Positions 17,146 to 26,939 of a stretch of DNA of 39,719 bases are shown one piece after another. Source of the DNA: Clostridia bacterium. GTDB taxonomy: Bacteria; Bacillota; Clostridia; Oscillospirales; SIG627. The notes beneath the pieces were generated by a model. That model was not told where the DNA came from. It ran no database searches and was given only the letters and a program-made list of their open reading frames with translations. The stretch's first letter is position 1, and each line of letters begins with the position of its first letter. The stretch covers positions 1 to 39,719 of the forward strand of contig JAFYTG010000194.1 in assembly GCA_017558945.1 (NCBI GenBank), given 5' to 3'. The translations under genes were made by a program, and so were the position numbers.

Positions 17146-19089
17146 TCATTCAGTAAGTATCCACACAGCCATACGGCTCGTCCAATCCTTACCCGCAGAC
17201 GCATAGTCGGTAACCGTCATAAAGCTACCGTCTGTCAAGGGAATCTCAAAAGCCACTATCGACTCATACGGAGAAGTGCTTTCTTTTACGTCAACCGTTC
17301 CGTCGGAATTCACAAGAACGTCAATGGGGTCATCTACGCTGTAACCGAGAGAATTCTCCTGCGCAAGCATCAAAGGTCCTCTTTGAAGAGCAATATGCTT
17401 TACGGCAAGAGGGTCCTGCTTATCGTATACGGGGATTACCGCAAGGTTGCCTCCTCGGTCGAGCACCGTACCCGTCATTACCACCTGCTCACCGTATACC
17501 TCGGGATAAATGGCAACGGTTCGCATATCAAGTGAAATTTCAACGGTATCAGCGTTTTTCCACTCACGGCTAATTGAAACGTATCCGTCACTTACCTGAA
17601 CAGACTGACCGTTAACCTTAACGGAGGTATTCTTGCTCCATTCGGGATTTCTGACGAGAAGCGTAAAGCGCTCGGGCTTGTCAAGAGTTAATTTTACCGA
17701 GACGTCACTTCCCTTGGGATAGTCGGTCACAGTTTCGAGAATAAGTCTTTCCCCGCTTGGTGTCACGGTTTCCGCCTTACCACCGATAAACAGATTGAGT
17801 GCAATTCCGTCGGGTGTGGTCATAAGATGCATTTTCGACACAAGACCGATACCCGCCGAGCCGATGCAGGCACAACAGCCGTAATAATGATTATCGGACA
17901 TAAATCGGAGTCCTCCGACGCCCTTACCTCTACGGTCTGCGGTAAGAGGGCTGTAGCTGTCAAAGGGCATAGGCTCTTTCACACATTCGGGTGTAAGCAC
18001 CTCATAGCAAACCTTCTTATTTGTATTTACTGCACCGAGATATGCGTTATAAAGTGAGCGCTCAAAGGCGTCAACGTATTTGGGGTCTCCCGTCACGAGA
18101 TGCACCTGATACATAAACTTCATCATGGTTACGGTAACGCAGGTCTCCTGCGCAATGTTACCGTTAGTGGTATTAGCCTGACGAACGGTGGAATGGTCAA
18201 AAAGCTCGTGAGTGCATCCGCCGCTGCCTATTACCGTAAAGTCGGTCTCAAGCATCTTGTCGGCAAAATTAACGACAGCCCTCTTGTGCTTTTCGTCTCC
18301 CGTAAGTCTGTAATACTCCAAAAGTCCTTCAAAGCAGGAGATCATTTCATACGCCTTTGTAACGGGATACTGATAAGGATAAAGACCATCCGCAAGGGCA
18401 TACTCAAAGATGTTTCCGATATCAATACAGCCGTGTCCGATTATATGCTCGGCAAGTGCGAGATAGGTCTTGTTTTCGGTGAGCATATAAAGTCTTACTA
18501 CCGGCTCAAGAATAGAGGAGGCGTTGAGACCTCTCCAGAAATTAGAGGTGTGAGTAATCTTGGTCTGCCCCTCTCCGTCACCGATTTTGGAGGCTATATA
18601 ATCAACCTGAGTACACATTGAAGCGATTATACGCTTTTCAAGTGACTCGTCACGGCAAATTTCAAGAAAATACTGCATACCTAAAAGCACGTATTTTCTG
18701 CACCACATATCCCAGCCGCTGAACTCGTTTTCCGCAGGATAGGAGCTGATACGTCCGAGGGAATCAACACTCTCAATCATATCCTCAACGGTCTGTGCAA
18801 GCATTGAATAAAGCTCCTCGTCGCGAGTGTAGGAATACACGAAGGTTGCACCGCGCATCATCTTGCCCCAATACTCACCTCTCCAGCCACCGTCATTGTC
18901 GGACGGCTCACGGAATTGCTGAACGAAGCGACGCCAAAGAGTAGGGCTCTTAAGCTGAAATCCCTCAATAAATTTATAGGTCTTGTCGATTATTCCGTTA
19001 TAGGAATAACGGTTTTCGGTGTCAACGAAAACCTTATCGGTTGACGTTCTGTAACTGTTTACACTTTTTTCTTTATACAAGCTTCTCAT
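17146..19089 (-). CDS. GH127 family glycoside hydrolase (beta-L-arabinofuranosidase-like)
   Basis: WRGEYWGK, GSGGCTHELF, QETC, ERSLYNA, YGCC (Glu/Cys Zn site typical of GH127/146), ALQRGPLMLA. Confidence 0.8.
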   Translation of the reverse strand: MRSLYKEKSVNSYRTSTDKVFVDTENRYSYNGIIDKTYKFIEGFQLKSPTLWRRFVQQFREPSDNDGGWRGEYWGKMMRGATFVYSYTRDEELYSMLAQTVEDMIESVDSLGRISSYPAENEFSGWDMWCRKYVLLGMQYFLEICRDESLEKRIIASMCTQVDYIASKIGDGEGQTKITHTSNFWRGLNASSILEPVVRLYMLTENKTYLALAEHIIGHGCIDIGNIFEYALADGLYPYQYPVTKAYEMISCFEGLLEYYRLTGDEKHKRAVVNFADKMLETDFTVIGSGGCTHELFDHSTVRQANTTNGNIAQETCVTVTMMKFMYQVHLVTGDPKYVDAFERSLYNAYLGAVNTNKKVCYEVLTPECVKEPMPFDSYSPLTADRRGKGVGGLRFMSDNHYYGCCACIGSAGIGLVSKMHLMTTPDGIALNLFIGGKAETVTPSGERLILETVTDYPKGSDVSVKLTLDKPERFTLLVRNPEWSKNTSVKVNGQSVQVSDGYVSISREWKNADTVEISLDMRTVAIYPEVYGEQVVMTGTVLDRGGNLAVIPVYDKQDPLAVKHIALQRGPLMLAQENSLGYSVDDPIDVLVNSDGTVDVKESTSPYESIVAFEIPLTDGSFMTVTDYASAGKDWTSRMAVWILTE

Positions 19090-19093
19090 AATA

Positions 19094-20353
19094 TTACCCC
19101 AATATTTTTAAAATAAATGCGCCGACTGTTTTAGTATAATCAACGAGTCTGTCACATTCGATAAACTCGTTGGGCTGATGCGCTCCGCCATCAACGCTGA
19201 AATCACGCCCTGCACCAAAGCCGTAAGCGGAGCTTGAACCGAATTTGGATATAACGGACAGGTCGGAAAGACACGAGCCGCAAACGAGAAGCTCGTTGCC
19301 CGTAGCCTCACGGGATGCCTCAACCATCGTCATAACGTCCTCGCTGTCAGGCTCGCAGAATACGTAGTGGAAAAATCTTGTGTTAGGTACAAAGCCGTCG
19401 GAAATGATACCGAGCGGAGCAAGACGCTCACGCATCTTATCGTTAAAGCCCTCGAGCTCGGCGTATATCTCATCCTTTGTTTTGTCGGTGTAGAATACGA
19501 AAAGCACCTCACCGACTCCCATATCCATACCGTTATTACCTGCCTTGACCTCAAGCACACGGAGAGAGGTCTCGGGAATAATCGTCCCCTTGTAGAAGCG
19601 GTTTTTCTCAAGCTCACGTCGGCGGTTGTCGGCAAATTCACGGATAACCTCAAGCACGGTCGGGATTGCCATTGCGGTGGTCATTGCGCTGTCAACCGTC
19701 TTGTCAACGTGCCACTTGAAGCGGATTTCCTGACCTCCCGAGCCACAGTGCCATATCTGTCCGTCCCGTCCGTCAAGGCTGACAATACGCTTGGTCGGAT
19801 ATTTCAAAACGCTTGCAAGCGCTCCGTGAGAGCCGCCGTATTCCTCGTCGGAATATGCGGAAAATATAAGATTTTTAGACGGAACAAAGCCCTTTTCCTG
19901 AAGAAGCCTTATAAGAAAGAGCACCGTCGCAATGGCATACTTATCATCACACGCGCCTCTTCCGAAAATCTTGCCGTCGCGAATTTCACCCGACAAAGCG
20001 TCTCTACACCAATTTGACGGATTTCCGATGCCTACGGTGTCGGTATGAGCCATAAGCATAAGCTCGTCGGTGTTTTCCTCTCCCTTGAAGCGTGCGGTCA
20101 CGTTGTAACGGTTTTCAAGATTGCGACCGGGTAAATAGTCCGAATGCTCCTCAAAGCCCTCAAGGTCAAGCGGTGAATAAAGCTCTGTCTCAAGACCAAG
20201 CTCACGGCAGAGAGAGTAAACGTACCTTGCACATTCCTCCTCATTTCCGTAAGAGCCGAAGCTCTCGGAATTTATCTTGACAAGACTCGATAAAAGACTG
20301 AAAAGCTCATCCTTCCGTTCTTCAATCAATTCACATAGCACTTTTACGTCCAT
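19094..20353 (-). CDS. M20 family metallopeptidase/deacylase (ArgE/DapE-like)
   Basis: AHTDTV, GRGACDDK, DEEYGG, AHQPNE. Confidence 0.85.
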   Translation of the reverse strand: MDVKVLCELIEERKDELFSLLSSLVKINSESFGSYGNEEECARYVYSLCRELGLETELYSPLDLEGFEEHSDYLPGRNLENRYNVTARFKGEENTDELMLMAHTDTVGIGNPSNWCRDALSGEIRDGKIFGRGACDDKYAIATVLFLIRLLQEKGFVPSKNLIFSAYSDEEYGGSHGALASVLKYPTKRIVSLDGRDGQIWHCGSGGQEIRFKWHVDKTVDSAMTTAMAIPTVLEVIREFADNRRRELEKNRFYKGTIIPETSLRVLEVKAGNNGMDMGVGEVLFVFYTDKTKDEIYAELEGFNDKMRERLAPLGIISDGFVPNTRFFHYVFCEPDSEDVMTMVEASREATGNELLVCGSCLSDLSVISKFGSSSAYGFGAGRDFSVDGGAHQPNEFIECDRLVDYTKTVGAFILKILG

Positions 20354-20385
20354 ATAAATTACCTCTCATAAAATTATGCACTTTC

Positions 20386-20414
20386 ATTTTATCACACTAC
20401 CGCCGCAATTTCAA
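20386..20414 (-). promoter_or_regulatory. sigma-A promoter of the M20-GH127 operon
   Basis: TTGAAA (20414-20409), 17 nt, TGa-TAAAAT (20391-20386). Confidence 0.6.
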
Positions 20415-20441
20415 TGCTTTTTTCATCATTTTGTTAAACAC

Positions 20442-20647
20442 AGATGGGAGTACCGACTTTCCGTAAGTCGAGATACTCCCATCTTGATTTTAACGATGTA
20501 TTGGACGAATTTATGACGCAAGCATTTTGCTATATAAATTTGTTCAAGACAAGGCAAAAGCGGGTAGGAGTGTCGATGGAATACTTACGTATTTCGAGAC
20601 ACTCATATCCCGCTTTTAACGATGTATTGGACGAATTTATGACGCAA
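20442..20647 (+). repeat. Two tandem hairpin elements sharing a 34-bp direct repeat (REP-like family, copies 1 and 2)
   Basis: TTTTAACGATGTATTGGACGAATTTATGACGCAA at 20488-20521 and 20614-20647; hairpins at 20442-20484 and 20556-20617. Confidence 0.85.
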
Positions 20648-20651
20648 AAAT

Positions 20652-21296
20652 TTAGGTCATCTTCTCTTGCTTAACCTTTTTATCTATTACGTGTCTTGAA
20701 GCAAGCTCCGCCCTTATATCCTCAAGGGAAATGCCCATTTCAATCATAAGGACCATAATGTGATAGGTAAGGTCGGCAATTTCGTAAATGGTTTCACGCT
20801 TATCGTCGGCTTTACCTGCGATTATTACCTCGGTGGATTCCTCTCCGACCTTTTTGAGAATTTTATCAATACCCTTTTCAAAGAGATAGGTGGTATAGGA
20901 GCCCTCCTTCTTCTCGGTCTTGCGACGGGAAATGAGGTCCATAAGCGCTTCGAGACTGAAGGGATGCTCATCGTCATTTTCAAAAACGGTATTTTCGAAG
21001 CAAGAAACGGTGCCTGTGTGACAAGCAGGTCCGTCGGGACGTACAAGCACGACGAGGGCGTCGTTATCGCAATCGGCGGTAACCGAAACTACGTGCTGAT
21101 AGTTTCCGCTTGTCTCACCCTTGAGCCAAAGCTCGTTTCTTGAACGACTCCAGAAGCAAGTGAGCTTCTTTTCCATTGTAACCTTGAGGCTTTCCTCGTT
21201 CATATAGGCAAGAGTCAAAACCTCTTTGGTTTCGGCATCCTGCACTATTGCGGGGATAAGTCCGTTTGAATCAAATTTAAGTGCCTTTATATCCAT
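20652..21296 (-). CDS. hisIE: Bifunctional PR-AMP cyclohydrolase / PR-ATP pyrophosphatase
   Basis: [43 protein letters not shown]. Confidence 0.96.
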   Translation of the reverse strand: MDIKALKFDSNGLIPAIVQDAETKEVLTLAYMNEESLKVTMEKKLTCFWSRSRNELWLKGETSGNYQHVVSVTADCDNDALVVLVRPDGPACHTGTVSCFENTVFENDDEHPFSLEALMDLISRRKTEKKEGSYTTYLFEKGIDKILKKVGEESTEVIIAGKADDKRETIYEIADLTYHIMVLMIEMGISLEDIRAELASRHVIDKKVKQEKMT

Positions 21297-21308
21297 AATT
21301 ATTCCTTT

Positions 21309-22064
21309 CTATCTTACGAGAATACCATTTTGTGCAAGGGTTTGCTTGAGGTCGGATATCTGTACCTCTCCGAAATGAAAAATTGAAGCGGCAAGACCTG
21401 CGTCAACCTTGGGAAGAGTTTTGAAAAGGGTTACGAAATCCTGAATACATCCTGCTCCGCCCGAGGCTATAACGGGAACGGAAACGGCATCGGACACCGC
21501 CTTGAGCATTTCAAGATCGAAGCCCTTTTTCACGCCGTCGGTATCAATTGAATTGAGGACTATTTCACCTGCTCCGTTGGCAACTCCCCTCTTTATCCAT
21601 TCGATTGCCTCGAGACCCGTGTTTTCACGGCCTCCCTTGGCGAAGACACGGAATACACCGTCCACACGGGCAACGTCGACCGAGAGGACGACGCACTGGT
21701 CTCCGTAACGCTTTGCCGCCTCGGGAATGAGCGACGGATTACGGATTGCGCCCGAATTTACGCTGACCTTATCTGCACCGCATTTTAACACACGGTCGAA
21801 ATCGTCAACGGTATTGATGCCACCGCCGACTGTCAGAGGGATAAATATGGTACGGGCAACCTCGGTGAGTATGTCCGTAAAAAGTCTTCTGCCCTCGGCA
21901 GATGCGGTAATATCGTAAAAGACAAGCTCATCAGCACCGTTATCACTGTAATATTTTGCAAGGTCAACGGGGGATGATACGTCGTTGAGATTCTTAAAGT
22001 TCGTTCCCTTGACGACTCTGCCGTCACGCACGTCGAGGCAGGGAATAATTCTTTTCGTAATCAT
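21309..22064 (-). CDS. hisF: Imidazole glycerol phosphate synthase, cyclase subunit
   Basis: KRIIPCLDV, DELVFYDITAS, GADKVSVNS, PVIASGGAG. Confidence 0.97.
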   Translation of the reverse strand: MITKRIIPCLDVRDGRVVKGTNFKNLNDVSSPVDLAKYYSDNGADELVFYDITASAEGRRLFTDILTEVARTIFIPLTVGGGINTVDDFDRVLKCGADKVSVNSGAIRNPSLIPEAAKRYGDQCVVLSVDVARVDGVFRVFAKGGRENTGLEAIEWIKRGVANGAGEIVLNSIDTDGVKKGFDLEMLKAVSDAVSVPVIASGGAGCIQDFVTLFKTLPKVDAGLAASIFHFGEVQISDLKQTLAQNGILVR

Positions 22065-22774
22065 TTTGCTACCTCCACCGCCTCACGAATTGAGATAGCG
22101 CCCGTATAATAAGCCTTGCCTATTATCGCACCGTAAAGCTCGAGTGCGGTAAGACGCTTAACGTCGTCAAGGCTTGACACTCCGCCCGATGCGGTAATCT
22201 TGAGAGAAAATCTGTCGGAAAGCTCACGGTAAAGCTCGTGTGCCGCCCCCTTCATTGCACCGTCACGGGAAATGTCGGTACAAATAACGTTTGAAACACC
22301 GAGTGTCTGAAGCTTCTCGCAGAAATCGAAGGCATCAACCTCCGAGCGTTCAACCCAGCCCTTTATGGCAACGTTTCCGTCCTTGATATCAACGCCGACG
22401 GCAATCTTATCACCGTATTTTTCAAGTGCCTCTTTGAGAAAAGCCTCATCGGTGAGAGCGGCTGTGCCGAGAATTACTCGGTCAACGCCTATTTCAAGAT
22501 ATTTGTCAACCGTCTCCATCGAACGAATTCCTCCGCCGATTTCAACGAAAAGGTCGGTGTTATCAACTATTTTCTTTACAACGTCAATGTTAGGCGTATT
22601 GCCGTCACGAGCACCCTCAAGGTCAACAAGGTGGATATACTCCGCACCGCTTTCCTCAAAGTCAAGGGCTACCGACAATGGATCGTCGCTGTAAACGGTC
22701 ATTTCGTCATAGCGTCCCTTATAAAGACGGACCGCCTTTTTTTCATATAAATCTATTGCGGGAAAAATTTTCAT
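22061..22774 (-). CDS. hisA: ProFAR isomerase
   Basis: IFPAIDL, HLVDLEGA, GGGIRS, TDISRDG, ASGGVSS. Confidence 0.96.
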   Translation of the reverse strand: MKIFPAIDLYEKKAVRLYKGRYDEMTVYSDDPLSVALDFEESGAEYIHLVDLEGARDGNTPNIDVVKKIVDNTDLFVEIGGGIRSMETVDKYLEIGVDRVILGTAALTDEAFLKEALEKYGDKIAVGVDIKDGNVAIKGWVERSEVDAFDFCEKLQTLGVSNVICTDISRDGAMKGAAHELYRELSDRFSLKITASGGVSSLDDVKRLTALELYGAIIGKAYYTGAISIREAVEVAK

Positions 22775-22777
22775 AGT

Positions 22778-23389
22778 CTACTCCTTTTCGCAGAATGCCT
22801 TGAGAATTGCAAGACCCACCTGTCCGCTCTTTTCGGGATGGAACTGACATCCGTGTACGTTTCCGAGTGATACGGCGGCGGTAACCTCACGTCCGTATTC
22901 CGAGGTAGAGCAAACCGAATCATCACAGCCTACTGCGTGATAGGAATGAACGAAGTAAACGGCGTCTCCGTCGTTTATATATTTAAAAATAGGAGTCTCC
23001 TTCTTGAATATAAGCTTATTCCAGCCCATATGAGGAATTTTCAATTCACTCGGCACAAAGTCCTTTAAGGGAATTATCTCGCCCTTTAAAAGTCCGAGCC
23101 CTTCCCATTCTCCGTATTCGTAGCTTTTCTCAAAAAGCATCTGCATACCGAGACAAATTCCCATAAGCTCCTTGCCGTTTTGAGCTTCCTCGACGACAAC
23201 ACGGTCGAGTCCGCTTTCGCGAAGCTTGGCAATGGCATCACGGAATGCACCTACACCCGGAAGGATTATTTTGTCCGCAGAGCGAAGAACATCCTCATCG
23301 GAGGTAATGCAAGCGTCAACGCCTATGGCATCGAGTGAGCTTTTGAGAGAAAAAAGATTTCCGACTCCGTAATCAACTATCGCTATCAT
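22778..23389 (-). CDS. hisH: IGP synthase glutaminase subunit
   Basis: IVDYGVGNL, LPGVGAF, GICLGMQ, YFVHSY, QFHPEKS. Confidence 0.97.
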   Translation of the reverse strand: MIAIVDYGVGNLFSLKSSLDAIGVDACITSDEDVLRSADKIILPGVGAFRDAIAKLRESGLDRVVVEEAQNGKELMGICLGMQMLFEKSYEYGEWEGLGLLKGEIIPLKDFVPSELKIPHMGWNKLIFKKETPIFKYINDGDAVYFVHSYHAVGCDDSVCSTSEYGREVTAAVSLGNVHGCQFHPEKSGQVGLAILKAFCEKE

Positions 23390-23964
23390 TAAAGCACTCC
23401 TTTGGTCGAGGGCACTCTGCCCTCCTCGTCGGGATCAAGTCTTACCGCCTGACGAAGCGCTCTGCCTACCGCCTTGAATATACCCTCAATTATGTGATGG
23501 GTATTTCTGCCTGCAAGCTTCTTTATGTGAAGAGTTATACCCGCCTCTCTTACAAGGGCAATGAAAAACTCCTCGCAAAGCTCGGTGTCGAAATCTCCCA
23601 CCTTTTCAGCAAGTCCGTCAACGTCATAGTAAAGACCGCCTCTGCCCGAAATATCAACGGCGGCAAGAATAAGCGACTCGTCCATAGGAAGAGTGATGCT
23701 TCCGTAACGGGCAATACCTTTTTTGTCGCCAAGAGCCTTTACAAGAGCCTGACCGAGACATATTCCTACATCCTCGGTGGTGTGATGGGCATCAACCTCG
23801 ACGTCACCAACACACTTAACGGTCAATGGAATATTCGAATGACGGGAAAAGAGTGTGAGCATATGGTCAAGAAAGCCAACGCCCGTTGAAATTTCGGTTT
23901 TATCACCGAGAATAAGATATATATCGGTTTCAGCGGTTTTACGCTTTATTTCTGCTATCTGCAT
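23389..23964 (-). CDS. hisB: Imidazoleglycerol-phosphate dehydratase (monofunctional)
   Basis: TAETDI, FLDHML, DAHHTTED, NTHHIIE, PSTKG; no N-terminal phosphatase domain. Confidence 0.96.
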   Translation of the reverse strand: MQIAEIKRKTAETDIYLILGDKTEISTGVGFLDHMLTLFSRHSNIPLTVKCVGDVEVDAHHTTEDVGICLGQALVKALGDKKGIARYGSITLPMDESLILAAVDISGRGGLYYDVDGLAEKVGDFDTELCEEFFIALVREAGITLHIKKLAGRNTHHIIEGIFKAVGRALRQAVRLDPDEEGRVPSTKGVL

Positions 23965-25025
23965 TATTTTTCCTCCAGAATTTCTTCAAGGGCAGAGACG
24001 AGTATTTCCATCTGCTCCCGTGAGCCTACGGTAATGCGGTTATATTCGCATATTCTCTCGGCGGTAAAATGACGTACAAGCACGCCCTTTTCACGAAGCC
24101 TTGTGTAAATATCGCCACCCGACACCTCGGGATGACGGGCAAAAATGAAATTTGTCTTCGAAGGAGTAAAGGTGAATCCGAGACGGGCAAGCTCGCCCAT
24201 CGTCCACTCACGGTTATCCGCAATCACCTGACAACGCTCAGCGGTAATCTCGTCATTTTCAAGCACCGCCTTGCCCATAGCAAGAGTGAGTGAGTTTACG
24301 TTGTAGGGGTTTGTTGAATATCGGAGCGTGTTAAGGTCGGCAATAAGCTCCTTCTGCGCAATGCCGAAGCCGAGTCTTGCACCTGCCATTGAGCGCGACT
24401 TCGAGAAGGTCTGAGTTACAAGCAGGTTAGGATATTTCTTTACAAGAGGCACTGCACTCTGCGTGCCGAAATCGACGTAAGCCTCGTCTACAACCACCAC
24501 TCTGTCGGAATTAGACGCCACTATCTCCTCAATCTCGTCAAGAGAAAGTGCGATGCCCGTCGGAGCGTTGGGGTTTGCTATAATCACCGTACCCCAAGTA
24601 TTTTTATAGGGCTCAATATCAATCGTGAAATCCTCTCTCAACGGAAAGGTCTTGTAGGGAATATGGGAAAGGTTAGCAAAGACGGGATAAAAGCCGTAGG
24701 AAATGTCGGGAAAGAGTGCGGGACAATTCTCGTCGCAAAAAGCCATAAAGGCAAAATTGAGAATCTCGTCCGAGCCGTTTACGGCAATGGTCATATCGTA
24801 ATCAACGTCAAAGCGCTTTGCAAGTGCCTGACGGAAAAGAGTGCATTCGGGGTCGGAATAAAGCTGAGAGCGTTCTGCCGCAGCCTTAGCCGCTTCAACC
24901 GCACACTCGGGAGTTGCAAAGGGAGATTCGTTCGTATTAAGCTTTACAAACTTTCTGTCCTTGGGCTGCTCACCCGGTGTATACGGCACGAGATTTGAAT
25001 ATTTTGAAGTGAAAAATCTGCTCAT
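23964..25025 (-). CDS. hisC: Histidinol-phosphate aminotransferase
   Basis: YTPGEQP, KLNTNESP, NGSDE, DEAYVDF, TFSKSRSMAGARLG. Confidence 0.96.
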   Translation of the reverse strand: MSRFFTSKYSNLVPYTPGEQPKDRKFVKLNTNESPFATPECAVEAAKAAAERSQLYSDPECTLFRQALAKRFDVDYDMTIAVNGSDEILNFAFMAFCDENCPALFPDISYGFYPVFANLSHIPYKTFPLREDFTIDIEPYKNTWGTVIIANPNAPTGIALSLDEIEEIVASNSDRVVVVDEAYVDFGTQSAVPLVKKYPNLLVTQTFSKSRSMAGARLGFGIAQKELIADLNTLRYSTNPYNVNSLTLAMGKAVLENDEITAERCQVIADNREWTMGELARLGFTFTPSKTNFIFARHPEVSGGDIYTRLREKGVLVRHFTAERICEYNRITVGSREQMEILVSALEEILEEK

Positions 25026-26299
25026 TTTTCCTCCTTGCGCACAACGGCGGATTTAGCGTGTGCGGTAAGTCCCTCCTCGGTTGCGAAAAGAGCAACGTCG
25101 TCCGCCACCTTCGAGAGAGCATCCTTTGTATAATAAGTAAACTGCATCGTCTTTACGAAATCGTCAACTGACAGAGGGCTTGAGAATTTAGCCGTACCGC
25201 CCGTTGGAAGCGTATGGTTGGGTCCTGCAAAATAGTCACCGAGTGCCTCGGGACAGTATCTGCCCATAAATACCGAACCTGCGTGTCTTACCTCGCCAAG
25301 CCACTCAAACGGGTCTGCAACCGACAACTCGAGATGCTCGGGAGCAAGCTCATTGGATATTTCAATCGCAGTTTTAATATCAGGCGCAATGATTATCATA
25401 CCGTTAGTGTCGATGGACTCACGGGCAATGTCACAGCGTGTCAGCTCGGGAATCTGCTTTTCAAGCTCCTCGGAAACCTTGAGTGCAAGCTCCTCGGAGT
25501 CGGTAACGAGCACCGCACTTGCCATACGATCGTGCTCTGCCTGAGATAGAAGGTCTGCGGCAAGGTGACGGGGATCAGAGCCTCCGTCCGAAACGATGAG
25601 AATCTCGCTCGGTCCTGCAATCATATCAATTGAAACTCTGCCGAAAACCTGCTTCTTTGCCTCGGCAACGAAGGCGTTACCGGGACCTACTATCTTATCG
25701 ACCTTCGGCACGGTCTGTGTACCGTAAGCAAGAGCGGCAATCGCCTGTGCTCCGCCTACCTTGAAGATGCGGTCGATACCTGCAACGCTTGCGGCGGCAA
25801 GGATTACGGGATTAACCTTACCGTCCTTTGCGGGAGGTGTGGTCATAACGACCTCGCGACAGCCTGCAAGCTTTGCGGGAATGGCATCCATTAAAACGGT
25901 TGAGGGATAAGCCGCCGTGCCTCCGGGAACGTAAAGTCCCGCACGGTCAACGGGAATAACCTTCTGACCGATAACAATACCGTTTTCCTCGTTTATAACG
26001 TAGCCGTGTCTTATCTGCTTTTCGTGGAAACGACGGATATTTGCAGCCGCTCTTTCAAGCACGTTGAGAAATTCGGGAGAAACTGACGCCCTTGCCTCCG
26101 CTATCTCCTCGGGAGTAACGGTAAGGCTGTCAAGCTTTACCTTATCAAATTTTTCTGCGAAGGCGTAAAGAGCGCTATCTCCGTTCTTTACTACCTCGGC
26201 AATAATCTCGGCTACCGCTCCCTCTACCCTTTGAGTAGGCAGCGTTCTGTCAAATATTTCGGAGGGAGAAACCTCTCCGTATTTTAAAATTCTAATCAT
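25022..26299 (-). CDS. hisD: Histidinol dehydrogenase
   Basis: YVPGGTAAYPS, GGAQAIAALAYG, DMIAGPSE, SQAEHD, APEHLE, GPNHTLPT. Confidence 0.97.
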   Translation of the reverse strand: MIRILKYGEVSPSEIFDRTLPTQRVEGAVAEIIAEVVKNGDSALYAFAEKFDKVKLDSLTVTPEEIAEARASVSPEFLNVLERAAANIRRFHEKQIRHGYVINEENGIVIGQKVIPVDRAGLYVPGGTAAYPSTVLMDAIPAKLAGCREVVMTTPPAKDGKVNPVILAAASVAGIDRIFKVGGAQAIAALAYGTQTVPKVDKIVGPGNAFVAEAKKQVFGRVSIDMIAGPSEILIVSDGGSDPRHLAADLLSQAEHDRMASAVLVTDSEELALKVSEELEKQIPELTRCDIARESIDTNGMIIIAPDIKTAIEISNELAPEHLELSVADPFEWLGEVRHAGSVFMGRYCPEALGDYFAGPNHTLPTGGTAKFSSPLSVDDFVKTMQFTYYTKDALSKVADDVALFATEEGLTAHAKSAVVRKEEK

Positions 26300-26937
26300 T
26301 TTGAAACCTCTGCAATCTGCTCGGCAATGCTTTGCGCTACCTTTTCAATAAGCTCGTTTTTAAATCTGAAGCTCGACTTGTTCGAAATAAGCCTTGCGCT
26401 TATCGGAACTACCTCCTCGAACACCTCAAGGTTATTTTCACGGAGGGTGGTACCCGTTTCGACTATATCAACAATGACGTCGGAAAGTCCTAAAATGGGT
26501 GCAAGCTCGATTGAGCCGTTAAGCTTGATTATATCAATATCTCGTCCGAGTCCCGCGTAATAACGCTTGGTTATATTAACAAACTTGGTGGCAACGCGGA
26601 GAGTCCTCTGCGGATTGTCACGAAAATCACGGGGAGCGGCTACAGCCATTCTACATTTACCTGTGTCAAGGTCGAGAAGCTCGTATACGTCGGGGCTGTA
26701 TTCAAGGAGTATATCCTTACCCGCAACACCCACGTCCGCCGCACCTCTCTCAACGTATATCGCAACGTCGGAGGGCTTTACCCAAAAATATCTGACCTGC
26801 TTTTCGGGATTTTCGAATATGAGCTTTCGGTTATTTTCATGTATTGCGGGACATTCAAAGCCCGCCTTTTCAAACATTGCATACACCTTTTCTCCAAGTC
26901 TGCCCTTGGGAAGTGCAACGTTCAGCATATTGTCCAT
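26296..26937 (-). CDS. hisG: ATP phosphoribosyltransferase, short form
   Basis: VALPKGRL, VATKF, GSIELAP, DIVETGTTL; 213 aa, HisZ-dependent type. Confidence 0.96.
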   Translation of the reverse strand: MDNMLNVALPKGRLGEKVYAMFEKAGFECPAIHENNRKLIFENPEKQVRYFWVKPSDVAIYVERGAADVGVAGKDILLEYSPDVYELLDLDTGKCRMAVAAPRDFRDNPQRTLRVATKFVNITKRYYAGLGRDIDIIKLNGSIELAPILGLSDVIVDIVETGTTLRENNLEVFEEVVPISARLISNKSSFRFKNELIEKVAQSIAEQIAEVSK

Positions 26938-26939
26938 TT

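Noticed and set aside
20488-20647. 34-bp direct repeat as a mini CRISPR array
   Set aside because: Only two copies, the 92-nt intervening sequence is itself a hairpin related to other genomic copies, and there are no cas genes.
20444-20674. 76-aa ORF with an internal peptide repeat
   Set aside because: It is the translation of the tandem hairpin repeats, has no clear RBS and overlaps the hisIE end.
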